DNA of 64,000 nucleotides, taken from an uncultured Desulfatitalea sp. Its GTDB lineage: Bacteria > Desulfobacterota > Desulfobacteria > Desulfobacterales > Desulfosarcinaceae. The notes beneath the pieces are model-generated. The model was not told the origin of the DNA and searched no databases. It saw nothing but the letters and a program-made list of their open reading frames with translations. Positions 39,598 through 50,598 of this stretch are shown piece after piece. The stretch spans positions 3,072,001-3,136,000 of the forward strand of contig CAXXMB010000002.1 of the NCBI GenBank assembly GCA_963668675.2, given 5' to 3'. Within the stretch, counting starts at the first letter, position 1; every line of letters starts with the position of its first letter. The translations under genes and the position numbers were made by a program.

Positions 39598-39688
39598 GAT
39601 TTCACTCTTTTAACCATGGCTTTGACCGGTTGGATAACTTTCCACTCTCATACTTCTAACTCATCCGCAAAGTGTTAGCACCTGTGGA

Positions 39689-40684
39689 CTAAGGTATTTC
39701 CAGAAATCTGGTGTTCTTTAGCACAACCCATATCCCTAGCAAAGCGAATGCCGGGATGAGCAGATAGAGGTACAGCTCATCGTACTCGGCAAAGCTGAGT
39801 GCCTCCATCTCTGTCTTTTCCAATGTATCGATGGTGGCATAGATCTTTTGCAATCCTTCAAGGTCCTCTGCATGGAAGTACGATCCGTCGGTGGCCTGGG
39901 CGATGCTCTTGAGCGTATCCTCATCCAGGTCGACATTCTGGTAGACATATCGTTGGCCGAAAACCGGGTCGTTGACCAGGAAGGGGGCCCGTCCCCTGCC
40001 GCCAACGCCAATGGTATAGATTTTGATGTTTTGCTGTTTGGCGATCTCAGCTGCGGCCTGGGGTGCCAGTTCACCGCTGTTGCTGCGACCGTCGGTGAGC
40101 AGGATGATGATTCGGGTATGGCCCTCGATGTCGGCCAGCCGTTTGATCGCGATGCCGATGGCGTCGCCCACGGCTGTGGCGCGTCCGGCTGCGCCAATCT
40201 TCAGGCGATTGAGGATGGCGCTAATGGTTTCATAGTCGCGGGTCAGTGGCAGTTGGGTGTAGGCGTGGCTGCCGAACACCACCAGGCCGATGCGGTCGCC
40301 GTCGCGCCGTGTGATGAAATCGCGGACGACCGATTTAACGGCTTCCAGTCGGTTGACGATGTCGCCTTCCAGTTTGAAGTCCAGGGCGTTCATGCTCTCG
40401 GAGAGGTCCACCGCCAGGACGATGTTGATCCCCGTGGTTTTTTGCGGCGTGCGTTCGCTGCCCCACTGGGGCCGCGCCAGGGCTGCAATCATCAGCAGCA
40501 GTATGAGATAGAAGAGCAAGGGCAGAAGGCGATGGACGGCCAACCCCAATGACGGCGCCGGATCGCCCAGCGGCTGCACCCCCGAGTGGGCCATGGCAGG
40601 GGCAGCGTGACGGCGGCGATACCATACGATCGGCGGTATCAGCGCTATCAGTAGGAAGGCATATGGGGTGGCGAAACGGAGCAT
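39689..40684 (-). CDS. batA: VWA domain protein BatA-like
   Basis: ALARPQ, DLSESM, TAVGDAI, LLTDGRSN. Confidence 0.85.
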   Translation of the reverse strand: MLRFATPYAFLLIALIPPIVWYRRRHAAPAMAHSGVQPLGDPAPSLGLAVHRLLPLLFYLILLLMIAALARPQWGSERTPQKTTGINIVLAVDLSESMNALDFKLEGDIVNRLEAVKSVVRDFITRRDGDRIGLVVFGSHAYTQLPLTRDYETISAILNRLKIGAAGRATAVGDAIGIAIKRLADIEGHTRIIILLTDGRSNSGELAPQAAAEIAKQQNIKIYTIGVGGRGRAPFLVNDPVFGQRYVYQNVDLDEDTLKSIAQATDGSYFHAEDLEGLQKIYATIDTLEKTEMEALSFAEYDELYLYLLIPAFALLGIWVVLKNTRFLEIP

Positions 40685-40733
40685 GGTGTCGCAAAAGCGT
40701 CCTCAATATTGGGTTGATCCAGACGGCAGTGTG

Positions 40734-41261
40734 TCACTCTTTCGGTGTCACCTGATTCACTTCGGGCGCCGTCACGGTGGTGCGCTGCACGAACTCCCGG
40801 CTGAAAGCGAGGTCGGCCGGCATTTGATCCCGTTCGGCCGGTGCGTCGGCAAACTTGATTGGTTCGGCCTGCAGGCACAATCGCTTGAACCGGTCGTACA
40901 GATCGGGCTCCAGCTGCAGATGACCCACTTGGGGCAGCAACTCTTCAAGGGTCATCTCTGCGGCCGGTATGGCATATCGCCGTTCGATATAGCGACGCAA
41001 AATGGCCGAGAGGGTAAAATAGAACTGTTTCCCATCCCCTTCGGCATCGGCGCCCAAGACCTCCAGCGCCGAGAGCGCTTCGGCTTCCGGACTGATCGGT
41101 GGCGCTGCGGGCGGGTTCGAGGCCTGTCTACGGCGACGGCGCCACAGCCACCATGCCAGCAGAGCAGCTGCCACAAGGCCCAGAACGGTCAATGCCCATA
41201 CTGTCCATCCCCAATCCACTCCCATCTCCAAGGCAGGTTTGATGTCGTGAATATCGTTCAT
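40734..41261 (-). CDS. DUF4381-like protein
   Basis: MNDIHDIKP + TM + LRRYIE...EMTLEEL; ATGA overlap with DUF58. Confidence 0.75.
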   Translation of the reverse strand: MNDIHDIKPALEMGVDWGWTVWALTVLGLVAAALLAWWLWRRRRRQASNPPAAPPISPEAEALSALEVLGADAEGDGKQFYFTLSAILRRYIERRYAIPAAEMTLEELLPQVGHLQLEPDLYDRFKRLCLQAEPIKFADAPAERDQMPADLAFSREFVQRTTVTAPEVNQVTPKE

Positions 41262-42148
41262 CGCCTGCGCATCTCCCGAATACGAAAGTAGCGGGCTAGG
41301 GCATCGGCGGTCGCATCGGTGGTGCTGATGTCGATGCAATCCATGTTGGCGGCTTTGAACTGCTCCTTGATGGCCTGATGGGCATCGGCGCGTCGCAGTT
41401 CGATCTGCCGGCGGGTGGGGCCGTGGGATGCGTCCAGCTGCATGACGCGATCGGTCTCCAGATCGCGGAACGTTACGATACCGGCCCTGGGCAGCTTGAA
41501 TTCACCAGGGTCGCTGATCAGCACCTGGATCAGCTCGTGCCTTCGGTTGACCGAGCGCATTTGGCGATCGACCACCGTGCCGCCCTGGGGGAGCAGAAAA
41601 TCGGAGATCACGAACGTCACCGAGCGCTTGCGGCACACGCGGCCCAGAAAACTGACGGCACCCGAAATATCGGTGCCGGTGCGCTGGGGCTGGTGGGTGA
41701 AGATCTCCTTGATCACACGCCAGACATGGCCGCTGCCTTTCTGGGGCGGAATATAGCGTTCGATTTGATCGGTGAACAGAATCGCACCCACCTTGTCGTT
41801 GTTGCGGATGGCGTTGAACGCCAGAATGGCCGCCGTTTCGGCTGCGATCTCCTGCTTGCTGCTCGTCTGCGTGCCGAAGCGGTTCGAGGCGCTCAGATCC
41901 ACCAGCAACATGACGATCATCTCGCGCTCTTCACGGTAGCGTTTGACGAAAGGACGGCCCAAACGGGCCGACACTTTCCAGTCGATGCTTTTGACATCAT
42001 CGCCGGGGGCGTATTCGCGCACCTCTTCGAACTCGATCCCCGCACCGCGAAAGGCCGACTTGTACTGCCCGGCCATGAGGGTGTTCACCGTGCGGCCGGT
42101 GCGGATATGGACCTTTTTAATTTTTTTGATGATATCGGCCGGAACCAT
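41258..42148 (-). CDS. DUF58 domain protein
   Basis: GIEFEEVREYAPGDDVKSIDWKVSAR, ISDF. Confidence 0.9.
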   Translation of the reverse strand: MVPADIIKKIKKVHIRTGRTVNTLMAGQYKSAFRGAGIEFEEVREYAPGDDVKSIDWKVSARLGRPFVKRYREEREMIVMLLVDLSASNRFGTQTSSKQEIAAETAAILAFNAIRNNDKVGAILFTDQIERYIPPQKGSGHVWRVIKEIFTHQPQRTGTDISGAVSFLGRVCRKRSVTFVISDFLLPQGGTVVDRQMRSVNRRHELIQVLISDPGEFKLPRAGIVTFRDLETDRVMQLDASHGPTRRQIELRRADAHQAIKEQFKAANMDCIDISTTDATADALARYFRIREMRRR

Positions 42149-42181
42149 GACGCGGAGCTGCCTCCATTTTCAATAAAGGGT

Positions 42182-43156
42182 TCAGGGTACCGGGACGGCG
42201 TCGAAAATGCGGGCAATGATCTGATCGGTGGTGATGTCCTCGGCTTCGGCTTCATAGGTCGGAATGATGCGATGCCGCAACACCAGCGGCGCGATGGTTT
42301 TGACATCCTGGGGGGTCACATAGGCCCGGTTGTGCAGGAAGGCGTACGCGCGTGCGGCCAGACTCAGAAAGATCGTCGCCCTGGGCGAGGCACCGTACTG
42401 GATGTAGGGTTCGATGTCGATTCCCAGCTTTTCGGGCTCACGGGTGGCAAAGACCAGGGCGACGATGTAGTCTCGCAACTTTTCATCCATGTAGATGGCG
42501 TTGATCAATTGACGGGTGGCGTCGATCTGCGTCGGGGTCAGGACGGCCAATACCTGGGCCGGCGCCTCGAACCCCACCCGCTGCATGATCTGCTTCTCTT
42601 CGGCCTGGTTCGGATAGTCGATGAGCAGCTTGAGCATGAAGCGGTCCACCTGGGCCTCGGGTAACGGGTAGGTGCCCTCCTGTTCGATGGGGTTCTGGGT
42701 GGCGAGCACCAGAAAGGGGTCGTCCAGCTTGAAAGTGGCCTCCCCTATGGTTACCTGGCGCTCCTGCATGGCTTCGAGGAGGGCCGACTGAACCTTGGAG
42801 GGCGCACGGTTGATCTCGTCAGCCAGGATGATGTTGTTGAACAGGGGTCCTTTTTTGATGACGAAATCACCGGTCTTGGGCCGGTACACCTCGGTGCCGA
42901 TCAGATCGGCCGGCAGCAGGTCCGGGGTGAACTGGATGCGTTTGAAATCGGCTTGAACGGTATCGGCCAACGCCTTGACGGCACTGGTCTTGGCCAGACC
43001 GGGGACCCCTTCGATCAGGATGTGACCCTTGGTGAAGAGCCCGATGAGCAGCCCTTCGATCAGCGCCTGCTGGCCGATAAGCACTTTGCCGATTTCGTTT
43101 CGAATTTGATTGATCAGCGCGTGTTGCTGTTCGATCTGACGTGTCAGCTCTTCCAC
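42182..43156 (-). CDS. moxR: MoxR family AAA+ ATPase
   Basis: EGVPGLAKT, RIQFTPDLLPAD, DEINRA, ATQNPIE; GTG start at 43156 after RBS AAGGAG. Confidence 0.93.
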   Translation of the reverse strand: MEELTRQIEQQHALINQIRNEIGKVLIGQQALIEGLLIGLFTKGHILIEGVPGLAKTSAVKALADTVQADFKRIQFTPDLLPADLIGTEVYRPKTGDFVIKKGPLFNNIILADEINRAPSKVQSALLEAMQERQVTIGEATFKLDDPFLVLATQNPIEQEGTYPLPEAQVDRFMLKLLIDYPNQAEEKQIMQRVGFEAPAQVLAVLTPTQIDATRQLINAIYMDEKLRDYIVALVFATREPEKLGIDIEPYIQYGASPRATIFLSLAARAYAFLHNRAYVTPQDVKTIAPLVLRHRIIPTYEAEAEDITTDQIIARIFDAVPVP

Positions 43157-43408
43157 GGTGACGGTTCTCCTTGTTCGGTATTCGATGGCGTGGCACCGGC
43201 TGAACCATTTGGCGCCGGCATCGGTTGGTGCCTCGCTAAATAGTGGAGAAAGACCTTTCTTGTCAAGATGGAGGACGGTATCTTCATCCACGGCGAGTTG
43301 GGTCATTTTAGCCTTGTATTGGCGCCCGAGTTTCCAGTATGTTAGCCACTTCGTGATCAAAGGCTTCGAATCCCCCGATAGATACCACTGGCTAGGAGCG
43401 CGCCTATC

Positions 43409-44449
43409 GTGACACCTCGAATTCAAACCGTTGCGGCACAGCAGGATGTGGCCGTTGACCTCTCCGCCCCGTTGCGCCTCATATTGAAACTGCAGCAGAC
43501 CGACGGCGCTATCCCATGGTCCGAAGGCGACAAAACCGATCCGTGGGACCATGTGGAGTCGGCCATGGGGCTGACCATCGGCGGCGCCCTTGACCCTGCC
43601 CGACGCGCCTTCGAGTGGCTGTGCAACACACAACTGCCCGACGGTAGCTGGTATGCGGCCCATATCGATGGTCGACCGACCGATCGCACGCGTGAGACCA
43701 ACCACGCCGCATATGTTGCCGTTGGTGTCTATCACTATTTTTTGGCCACCAACGATATTGATTTCGTCCGGATGATGTGGCCCACGGTTCAACGCGCCAT
43801 TGGTTTTGTGCTGCACCATCAAATGCCCTCCGGTGAGATCTGTTGGGCCGTCAGTCCCGAAGGTCGGATCGATCGCATGGCACTGATCACCGGATGCAGT
43901 TCGATCTGTTTCAGCCTTCAATGCGCTCTGGTCCTGGCCCATCTGATGGATATCGACAGATCCGACTGGCGCATCGCCCTGGCTCGACTTCAGCAGTGCC
44001 TGACCGACAAGCCCCATCGGTTCAACACCACCAAAGCGCGCTTCTCCATGGATTGGTTCTATCCCATTCTCAGCGGCGTGATGACCGGCCAATCCGCCCA
44101 ACAGCGCATCGACAAGTATTGGAAAAAATTTGTTGTTCAGGACCTGGGCGTACGGTGCGTCTCCGACCGGCCCTGGGTGACCGTTGCCGAATCGTGCGAA
44201 CTGGTTCTGGCGTTAAAGGCCATGGGCAGCCACCAGCAGGCCGAGATCATTTTCCGATGGATCTGCGACCACACCTTCGATGACGGCTCTTTCTGGTGCG
44301 GCTTCACTTTTCCCGACATGGTGATCTGGCCCGAAGAGAAGATCTCTTGGACCAACGCAGTGGTTATCATGGCAGCCGACGCCCTATACCAGTTGAGCCC
44401 CGCCGCCACCATCTTCTCCCACGACCACTGGCGTGAAATGGACATATAA
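43409..44449 (+). CDS. Prenyltransferase/squalene-oxidase-repeat (alpha-alpha barrel) protein
   Basis: QxxDGxW-type repeats (QTDGAIPW, QLPDGSW, DDGSFW), DPWDHVE. Confidence 0.7.
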   Translation: MTPRIQTVAAQQDVAVDLSAPLRLILKLQQTDGAIPWSEGDKTDPWDHVESAMGLTIGGALDPARRAFEWLCNTQLPDGSWYAAHIDGRPTDRTRETNHAAYVAVGVYHYFLATNDIDFVRMMWPTVQRAIGFVLHHQMPSGEICWAVSPEGRIDRMALITGCSSICFSLQCALVLAHLMDIDRSDWRIALARLQQCLTDKPHRFNTTKARFSMDWFYPILSGVMTGQSAQQRIDKYWKKFVVQDLGVRCVSDRPWVTVAESCELVLALKAMGSHQQAEIIFRWICDHTFDDGSFWCGFTFPDMVIWPEEKISWTNAVVIMAADALYQLSPAATIFSHDHWREMDI

Positions 44450-44454
44450 ATACC

Positions 44455-45177
44455 GTGCGCAAGGATTACCGACCATACGCCATCAAAAAAGGGTGGTTGA
44501 AATTTCAGAAGTTCTACACCCACCATTTTATAGAGCCCCAGCTCCACTCTCTGGGGAAAGGGTTCGCCTTCTTGGGCCCCTGGCATGTCCAGCTCTTCGG
44601 AGGGCCCATCGACATCGGGAACTATTCAACCTTCATCGCCACGGCGGATCGAAAGGTGCGGCTGTCGGTGTGGCCGGAATGCAGGGAGAAAGAGGGCCGT
44701 ATCCGAATCGGGGATTACGTTCTGGTCTGCCCGGGTGTTCGGATCAGTGCAGCCGAAGAGATCGCTATCGAAGACAATTGCATGCTGGCCAGCGGGGCCT
44801 ACATTACCGACAGCGATTGGCACGGTATTTATGATCGTGTCTCCATGGGAAGGGCTCAACCGGTACGCTTGGGCAAAAACGTGTGGATCGGCGACAGCGC
44901 CATCGTCTGCAAAGGCGTGACCATCGGAGAGAACAGCATCGTCGGTGCCGGCGCCATCGTGGTCGCCTCGATTCCGCCCAACAGTGTGGCGGTGGGCAAT
45001 CCGGCCAAGGTGGTCAAAACACTTGACGCCAACGAAACGTTTACCACCCGGAAAGACTGGTATGCCGATCCGGCCAGGCTGGCACGCGAGTTTATCAAGT
45101 GGGAGCAGGCGGTGCTCAAGGGCAACACCTTCTTCGGATGGCTGCGGCACCTGGTTTTCCCCAGACGCGACGGCTGA
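44455..45177 (+). CDS. Hexapeptide-repeat acyltransferase
   Basis: DSDWH, VWIG, GVTIGENSIVGAGAIV, GNPAKV. Confidence 0.88.
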   Translation: MRKDYRPYAIKKGWLKFQKFYTHHFIEPQLHSLGKGFAFLGPWHVQLFGGPIDIGNYSTFIATADRKVRLSVWPECREKEGRIRIGDYVLVCPGVRISAAEEIAIEDNCMLASGAYITDSDWHGIYDRVSMGRAQPVRLGKNVWIGDSAIVCKGVTIGENSIVGAGAIVVASIPPNSVAVGNPAKVVKTLDANETFTTRKDWYADPARLAREFIKWEQAVLKGNTFFGWLRHLVFPRRDG

Positions 45178-45201
45178 ACCGTCCCTTTCCGACCGAGTGT
45201 A

Positions 45202-46359
45202 TTATCCTGACACTTCCCCCTTACGCACGATGCCATACAATCCAAAGACGATGCCGCCGGCCAGGGCGATCAAGGCGCTGATGGCAAACAGGCCTTGAGC
45301 GCCCATCGACTCATAGAGCGCGCCACTGAGGAAAAAACCGGCCATCAGGCCGAGTCCATAGGTCACCGAATTGTTCACCGCCTGTCCCAGCGTTTTGGAG
45401 GCCCTGGGAGCCAGCATATCGATGTAGAGAACGCTCGCCATGTGGAAAGTGCCGTAGGTGATCGCGTGCAACAGTTGCAGTGCCAGGATGGCCGGCATCG
45501 ATGATGCGGCCCATAACCCGGACCAGCGCAGGGCGGTCACGGCAAAAGAGGCGACCAAAACCGTTTCATACCGGAAGCGTTTGAAGATGCGTTCGGAAAA
45601 GAGCATGGCTGTGATTTCGCCCCCCACCGCTACGGCCCAAGCGATACCGATAAAGAAGCTGCCGTAATTCAGATTGGCCAGATGGATGGAGAAAAAGGTG
45701 TAGTAGGCCCCGTGGCTGAGCAGCATCAGAAAGGCGCAGAAGAGGAAAACGATGACCCGCGGCCTGAGCAGATGTCCCCACTCACCGGCCACCCTTTTCT
45801 GCCGGGGCGATGTCGATTTTGGAAATCCGAGGGACATCAGCACCTGCACCCATGAGCCGGCCAGAATCAGGGCCAGGATAATTTTGACGCCATAGGCGTC
45901 GATCACACGGCCGAGCACCAGTACCACCATGATGAAGGCAATCGATCCCCAGGCGCGCAGCCGGCCGTAGCGCTTTTTATCGGGCCCCAGCACATCCATG
46001 GCAAAGGCTTCGAGAAATGAGATCAGCGGGGCGTAAAAGATGCCGTGGAGGATAGTGATCACCAACATCCACCAGAAGTCGGCCGTCAGAAGGAAGAGCC
46101 CCCAGAAGCCTGCGCTGATGAAGTTGCACAGGATGTATATCCCCCGCCGGGTATGAAACCGGTCTGCCAGGATGCTCCAGAGGATCGAGAAGAGAATCAG
46201 GGTCACTGAACGCATGGCCGACAGGGTGCCGATTTGGAACCCGCTGAAACCGAGTTGGTAGCAGTAAAGATTGAAGAAGGGCAGGTGCATGCCCATGGTG
46301 CCGAAGTACAAGAAGTATTGCGCGGCGAATGTGCCGCGAATGTTTCGGGATAGCATCAT
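45202..46359 (-). CDS. MFS transporter (MFS_1_like)
   Basis: Multi-TM; YGRLRAWGSIAF, QLLHAITYG. Confidence 0.88.
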   Translation of the reverse strand: MMLSRNIRGTFAAQYFLYFGTMGMHLPFFNLYCYQLGFSGFQIGTLSAMRSVTLILFSILWSILADRFHTRRGIYILCNFISAGFWGLFLLTADFWWMLVITILHGIFYAPLISFLEAFAMDVLGPDKKRYGRLRAWGSIAFIMVVLVLGRVIDAYGVKIILALILAGSWVQVLMSLGFPKSTSPRQKRVAGEWGHLLRPRVIVFLFCAFLMLLSHGAYYTFFSIHLANLNYGSFFIGIAWAVAVGGEITAMLFSERIFKRFRYETVLVASFAVTALRWSGLWAASSMPAILALQLLHAITYGTFHMASVLYIDMLAPRASKTLGQAVNNSVTYGLGLMAGFFLSGALYESMGAQGLFAISALIALAGGIVFGLYGIVRKGEVSG

Positions 46360-46594
46360 GAGAGCTATGATAGAAAAAGAGGGGTGAAAGTGCAACAGCG
46401 TAACATGAGATTAGAACCCGTACGAACAAAAAGAGAACAGCTTGAGCGCCTTTAACGATGAAGCGCCTGTCGGCCTCCGCTCATCTGTCGTCAGACTCAA
46501 TCCTCTTGAGCGCTTGGCTGAACCGTCTATCTGGCCCCAGATAGGTTGACATATTCCTTGCGAAGAAACGTGCCGACGGCTTTGAAAAGAAGTT

Positions 46595-47050
46595 TCAGTC
46601 GATGCTCACCGAGACTTTCTTCGGCTTCTCTTCCTCGGGTTTTGGAATATGTATCGTCAACACGCCGTTTTTGAACGAGGCTTTGATGCTCTCCGGGGCG
46701 ATGGGGTAACGCAGTGCGAACGAGCGCTGGAAGGTGCCGCAGGTTCTCTCCCGGCGATAATATTTTTCGTCGCCGACACTGGATTCGACCTGTCGGAGGC
46801 CCTGAATCGTGAGCATATTGTTCTTGACCTCTACCGAGACATCATCTTTTTTGACGCCCGGCAGATCGACCTGCATGGCGATGCCCTCATCGGTCTCGAA
46901 TATATCCACAAGGGGGCGCCATGCGCAGACCGAAAGGTCCTCCTCTTCATCCCCTTTATGGGGGAAAGCGTCTTCGAAGAGCCGATTGATTCGATCCTGC
47001 AATGCAGCAATGTTTCTGAAAGGATCCCACCGTACCACCGTCATGGCCAT
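46595..47050 (-). CDS. Hsp20/alpha-crystallin small heat-shock protein
   Basis: RWDPF, PLVDIFE, DLPGV, ASFKNGVLTI. Confidence 0.93.
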   Translation of the reverse strand: MAMTVVRWDPFRNIAALQDRINRLFEDAFPHKGDEEEDLSVCAWRPLVDIFETDEGIAMQVDLPGVKKDDVSVEVKNNMLTIQGLRQVESSVGDEKYYRRERTCGTFQRSFALRYPIAPESIKASFKNGVLTIHIPKPEEEKPKKVSVSID

Positions 47051-47102
47051 ACCTCCTTGTCGCTTGCTTTAATGGGCCTTACAACGATCTGAACTTGCGC
47101 CA

Positions 47103-47130
47103 AATTTAATCACCTCGACCTGCTTGTCAA
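47103..47130 (-). promoter_or_regulatory. Sigma70-like promoter upstream of hsp20
   Basis: Minus strand TTGACA-N16-TAAATT. Confidence 0.45.
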
Positions 47131-47354
47131 TATCACCTAGAATCCCCGGAAATTCCAATGAGAGGAAAACCTTTCGCTGCCGGAGATTGCCTTTACAAAG
47201 CACTGGGGCGATGTTATTTTACGGGCGGTTTCAATTCTCTGATGGATTTTTGAAAGTGTTCTAGTGCCTTAGCAATTCGCCGGGCTCAATATAGATGCTG
47301 TTTGAAGCGACAAGACCCGGCGTGCATAAACACCCTTTCATCTAAGGAGTCGAC

Positions 47355-47807
47355 ATGGACTATGTCAAAATCCGATTTGGTGATGAATTCGACCGCATCG
47401 GTGCACACCTCGAAAGAACGCTTCAGGATATTTTCAGGCCGAGACCGGTGAATCCAATGTTTGCGTGCAAAGATTGCAGCTGGGTGCCCCAGGTGGATAT
47501 TTATGAAACCGAAAAGGAGGTGTTCATCTGGGCGGAGCTGGCCGGTGTGATTAAAGAGGATCTGGAGGTCGAGGTGAACAGTAAAGCGGTGCGTATATCG
47601 GGCCTGCGCAAAGAGCTGCCCAAACCCTCCGATGGGGCCTACCGTTTGGCGGAGATACGCTATGGTAAGTTCGAGCGGGTGCTCTATTTGCCCTCCCCGG
47701 TGGATACCGAGATCGTCTCGTCCCATTTTTCAGATGGATTTCTTGCCATCCGAATGCCCAAGCTCCAGATTCATAAGACGCACAAGATACCCATTAGTGA
47801 CGGATAG
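47355..47807 (+). CDS. Hsp20 family protein
   Basis: PQVDIYE, ELAGV, EIRYGKFER, DGFLAI. Confidence 0.9.
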   Translation: MDYVKIRFGDEFDRIGAHLERTLQDIFRPRPVNPMFACKDCSWVPQVDIYETEKEVFIWAELAGVIKEDLEVEVNSKAVRISGLRKELPKPSDGAYRLAEIRYGKFERVLYLPSPVDTEIVSSHFSDGFLAIRMPKLQIHKTHKIPISDG

Positions 47808-47921
47808 GCGCGATGATCGACCGACAGCGCTGCTCGGGCAACAGATCCAGATCTGTTTGTACCGAAAGAGAGGGATCCCATGAAAGCACGAACACCCCAC
47901 GCCGATGACAAGGAGGTTTTA

Positions 47922-50270
47922 ATGTCCGACGATAAACCCTCGGTTGACTACGATACAGAGAACTTACCCAACACACTGCCTATATTGCCGTTGTATGATG
48001 CGGCCCTCTTTCCCAAAATGGTGCTGCCCCTTGTGGTGATGCAGGGCGACTCTGTCAAGTTGGTAGACGAAGCCATGTCGCGTGATCGCATTATCGGCTT
48101 GGCTGTATCTGCCAAGCAGGAAAAATCGGGCCCCGATACCGAGGCGGATTTGTCCAAAGTGGGCTGCAGCGCCCTGATTCTGAAAATGGCCAAGACGGAA
48201 GACAACCGTGCGCAGATGCTGGTCCAGGGGTTGAGCCGGTTTAAAATCAAATCCTTCATCAAAGGCAAACCTTACCTGCAGGCTGAAGTAGAACATTTTG
48301 ACGACATTGAACGCAACGATGATGAGGCCGCGGCACTCATGGCCAATGCGGCCAAACAATTTGCCCGTATCGTGGAGCTCTCTCCAGGATTGCCTGCCGA
48401 GATTGCCCAGATGGCCAATACCCTCAAAGAGCCGGGCACATTGGCGGACATGATCGCCTCCACCATCAATTCCAATCCCGAAGAGAAGCAGCAGGTGCTC
48501 GAGACTCAGGACACCACCAAACGGTTGAAGGTGGTCACCAAGCTCATAAACCATCAATTGAGCATTCTGGAGCTGGGCAACAAGATTCAGTCCCAGGTCA
48601 AGGGTGACATGGACAAGCGCCAGCGGGAGTACTACTTGCGCCAGCAGCTCAAAGCGATAAGGGAGGAGCTGGGGGAGTCCGACGAGGGCGGGGTGGAGAT
48701 AGAGGAGTACCGTACCAAGATTCATGAGGGTGGGCTGCCCGAAGAGGCGGTCAAGGAGGCGGAACGGGAGTTGGGGCGACTGGCCAAAATGCACCCCTCC
48801 TCGGCCGAATACACCGTATCGTCGACCTACCTGGATTGGCTCACCGATCTGCCTTGGAACAAGAGCACGGATGACAATTTGGATATCAAGAAGGCGCGCA
48901 AGGTGCTCGACGATGACCACTACGGGCTTGAAAAGCCCAAGCGTCGCATTATTGAATACCTGGCGGTGCGAAAACTCAAACCCGACTCAAAAGGGCCCAT
49001 TTTGTGTCTTGCCGGCCCTCCGGGAACCGGTAAAACATCGTTAGGCGCATCCATTGCAAGGGCCCTGGGGCGCAATTTCCATCGTATTTCACTGGGGGGT
49101 GTGCGCGATGAGGCCGAAATCCGCGGCCACCGCCGGACCTATGTGGGAGCGCTTCCTGGACGCATCATCCAGGGGCTGCGCCGTGTCGGATCCAACAACC
49201 CCATCTTTATGCTCGACGAGATCGACAAAGTGGGCAGCGATTTTCGCGGTGACCCCTCCGCAGCCCTTCTCGAGGTACTCGATCCTGAGCAGAACTTCTC
49301 TTTTTCCGATCACTATCTGGATGTTCCCTTTGACCTCTCCAAGGTGATGTTCATTTGTACGGCCAATGTTTTGGATACGGTTCCCTCGGCCCTACGAGAC
49401 CGCATGGAGGTGATTCAACTGCTCGGTTACACCGAAGACGAGAAGGTGAAGATTGCCCAGCGCTACCTGGTGCCGAGACAGCGCAAGGCGAACGGTCTGA
49501 AGTCCAACCAGATTACGTTTGCCGTTGCGGCCATTCGCAAGGTGATCTCCGGCTATACGCGTGAGGCTGGGTTGCGCAACCTTGAGCGTGAAATCGGTAC
49601 GGTCTGCCGGGGCGTGGCCGCCAAGGTGGCGGAGGGCACGATCAAAAAGGCCTCTATCAAGGCTGCCGATCTCGTGGAGTACCTTGGTCCGGTCCGTTTC
49701 ACCTCAGAGGTCAAGGCGCGAATGAGTGTGCCGGGTGTGGCCATGGGGTTGGCTTGGACGCCTGTGGGCGGAGACTTGCTCTTTATCGAGGCCACGGCCA
49801 TGAAGGGTAAAAAGGGGATGACGCTGACCGGCCAACTGGGCGATGTGATGAAGGAGTCGGCCATGGCGGCCCTGAGTTTCATCCGGACCCATGCGAAGGC
49901 GCTGAAGATCGATGAGGATTTTTTCGATTCACACGACCTGCACATCCATGTGCCGGCCGGGGCGATCCCCAAAGATGGACCATCGGCCGGCGTGACCATG
50001 ATGACTGCCCTGGTATCCCTGATTACCAACAGGAAGATCCGTAAGGATCTGGCAATGACAGGGGAGATCACGCTGCGCGGCCAGGTGCTGCCGGTGGGTG
50101 GCATCAAGGAGAAGATGCTGGCGGCGCATCGGGCCGGCATCAAGACCATCATCATGTGCCGCCAGAATGAAAAGGACCTGGCGGACATTCCCGAGAAGGT
50201 GAAGAAGGATATCACCTTTCATTTTGTGGATAAGATGATGGAGGTGCTTGAGATCGCCCTCGTGAAGTGA
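47922..50270 (+). CDS. lon: Lon protease (endopeptidase La)
   Basis: [39 protein letters not shown] before 47922. Confidence 0.96.
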   Translation: MSDDKPSVDYDTENLPNTLPILPLYDAALFPKMVLPLVVMQGDSVKLVDEAMSRDRIIGLAVSAKQEKSGPDTEADLSKVGCSALILKMAKTEDNRAQMLVQGLSRFKIKSFIKGKPYLQAEVEHFDDIERNDDEAAALMANAAKQFARIVELSPGLPAEIAQMANTLKEPGTLADMIASTINSNPEEKQQVLETQDTTKRLKVVTKLINHQLSILELGNKIQSQVKGDMDKRQREYYLRQQLKAIREELGESDEGGVEIEEYRTKIHEGGLPEEAVKEAERELGRLAKMHPSSAEYTVSSTYLDWLTDLPWNKSTDDNLDIKKARKVLDDDHYGLEKPKRRIIEYLAVRKLKPDSKGPILCLAGPPGTGKTSLGASIARALGRNFHRISLGGVRDEAEIRGHRRTYVGALPGRIIQGLRRVGSNNPIFMLDEIDKVGSDFRGDPSAALLEVLDPEQNFSFSDHYLDVPFDLSKVMFICTANVLDTVPSALRDRMEVIQLLGYTEDEKVKIAQRYLVPRQRKANGLKSNQITFAVAAIRKVISGYTREAGLRNLEREIGTVCRGVAAKVAEGTIKKASIKAADLVEYLGPVRFTSEVKARMSVPGVAMGLAWTPVGGDLLFIEATAMKGKKGMTLTGQLGDVMKESAMAALSFIRTHAKALKIDEDFFDSHDLHIHVPAGAIPKDGPSAGVTMMTALVSLITNRKIRKDLAMTGEITLRGQVLPVGGIKEKMLAAHRAGIKTIIMCRQNEKDLADIPEKVKKDITFHFVDKMMEVLEIALVK

Positions 50271-50294
50271 ATCACTTTTGTGAGATGTCGCGCC

Positions 50295-50375
50295 GGCGAG
50301 TCCCGTGGGTGGTCTGCACCTAAGCGTCACTCACATGCAATGCCGAGCAGGTGCAGACCACCCACGGGACTCGCC
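50295..50375. repeat. 26-bp perfect inverted repeat downstream of lon (REP doublet/terminator)
   Basis: GGCGAGTCCCGTGGGTGGTCTGCACC at 50295-50320 and its reverse complement at 50350-50375. Confidence 0.8.
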
Positions 50376-50408
50376 TCCATGAGAGCCTTGATTTGAATTT
50401 GCCTAAAA

Positions 50409-50567
50409 TTGACAAACTCGTAAAAAGGAACTCACACGTCATGCCGGACTTGATCCGGCATCCAGAAACCATTGAAAAGAATGGATAGCGCTGAAGCTTC
50501 ACTGCGTGCCCGGCCTTCGCCAAAATGATGAAAACAGCATGTTTGCGATTTTTTACGAATTCATCAA
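50409..50567. repeat. MITE-like element with an internal REP-type sequence
   Basis: Ends TTGACAAACTCGTAAAAA / TTGATGAATTCGTAAAAA (15/18); internal GTCATGCCGGACTTGATCCGGCATC. Confidence 0.7.
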
Positions 50568-50598
50568 AATTATTCCAAAAGTAAACATCGGCACAAAT

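Noticed and set aside
43157..44101. Long N-terminal extension of MoxR (639-aa ORF in track)
   Set aside because: Antisense shadow of the 43409-44449 gene; a clear RBS and GTG start lie at 43156
47050..47355. CIRCE operator between the divergent hsp20 genes
   Set aside because: No TTAGCACTC-N9-GAGTGCTAA inverted repeat is present
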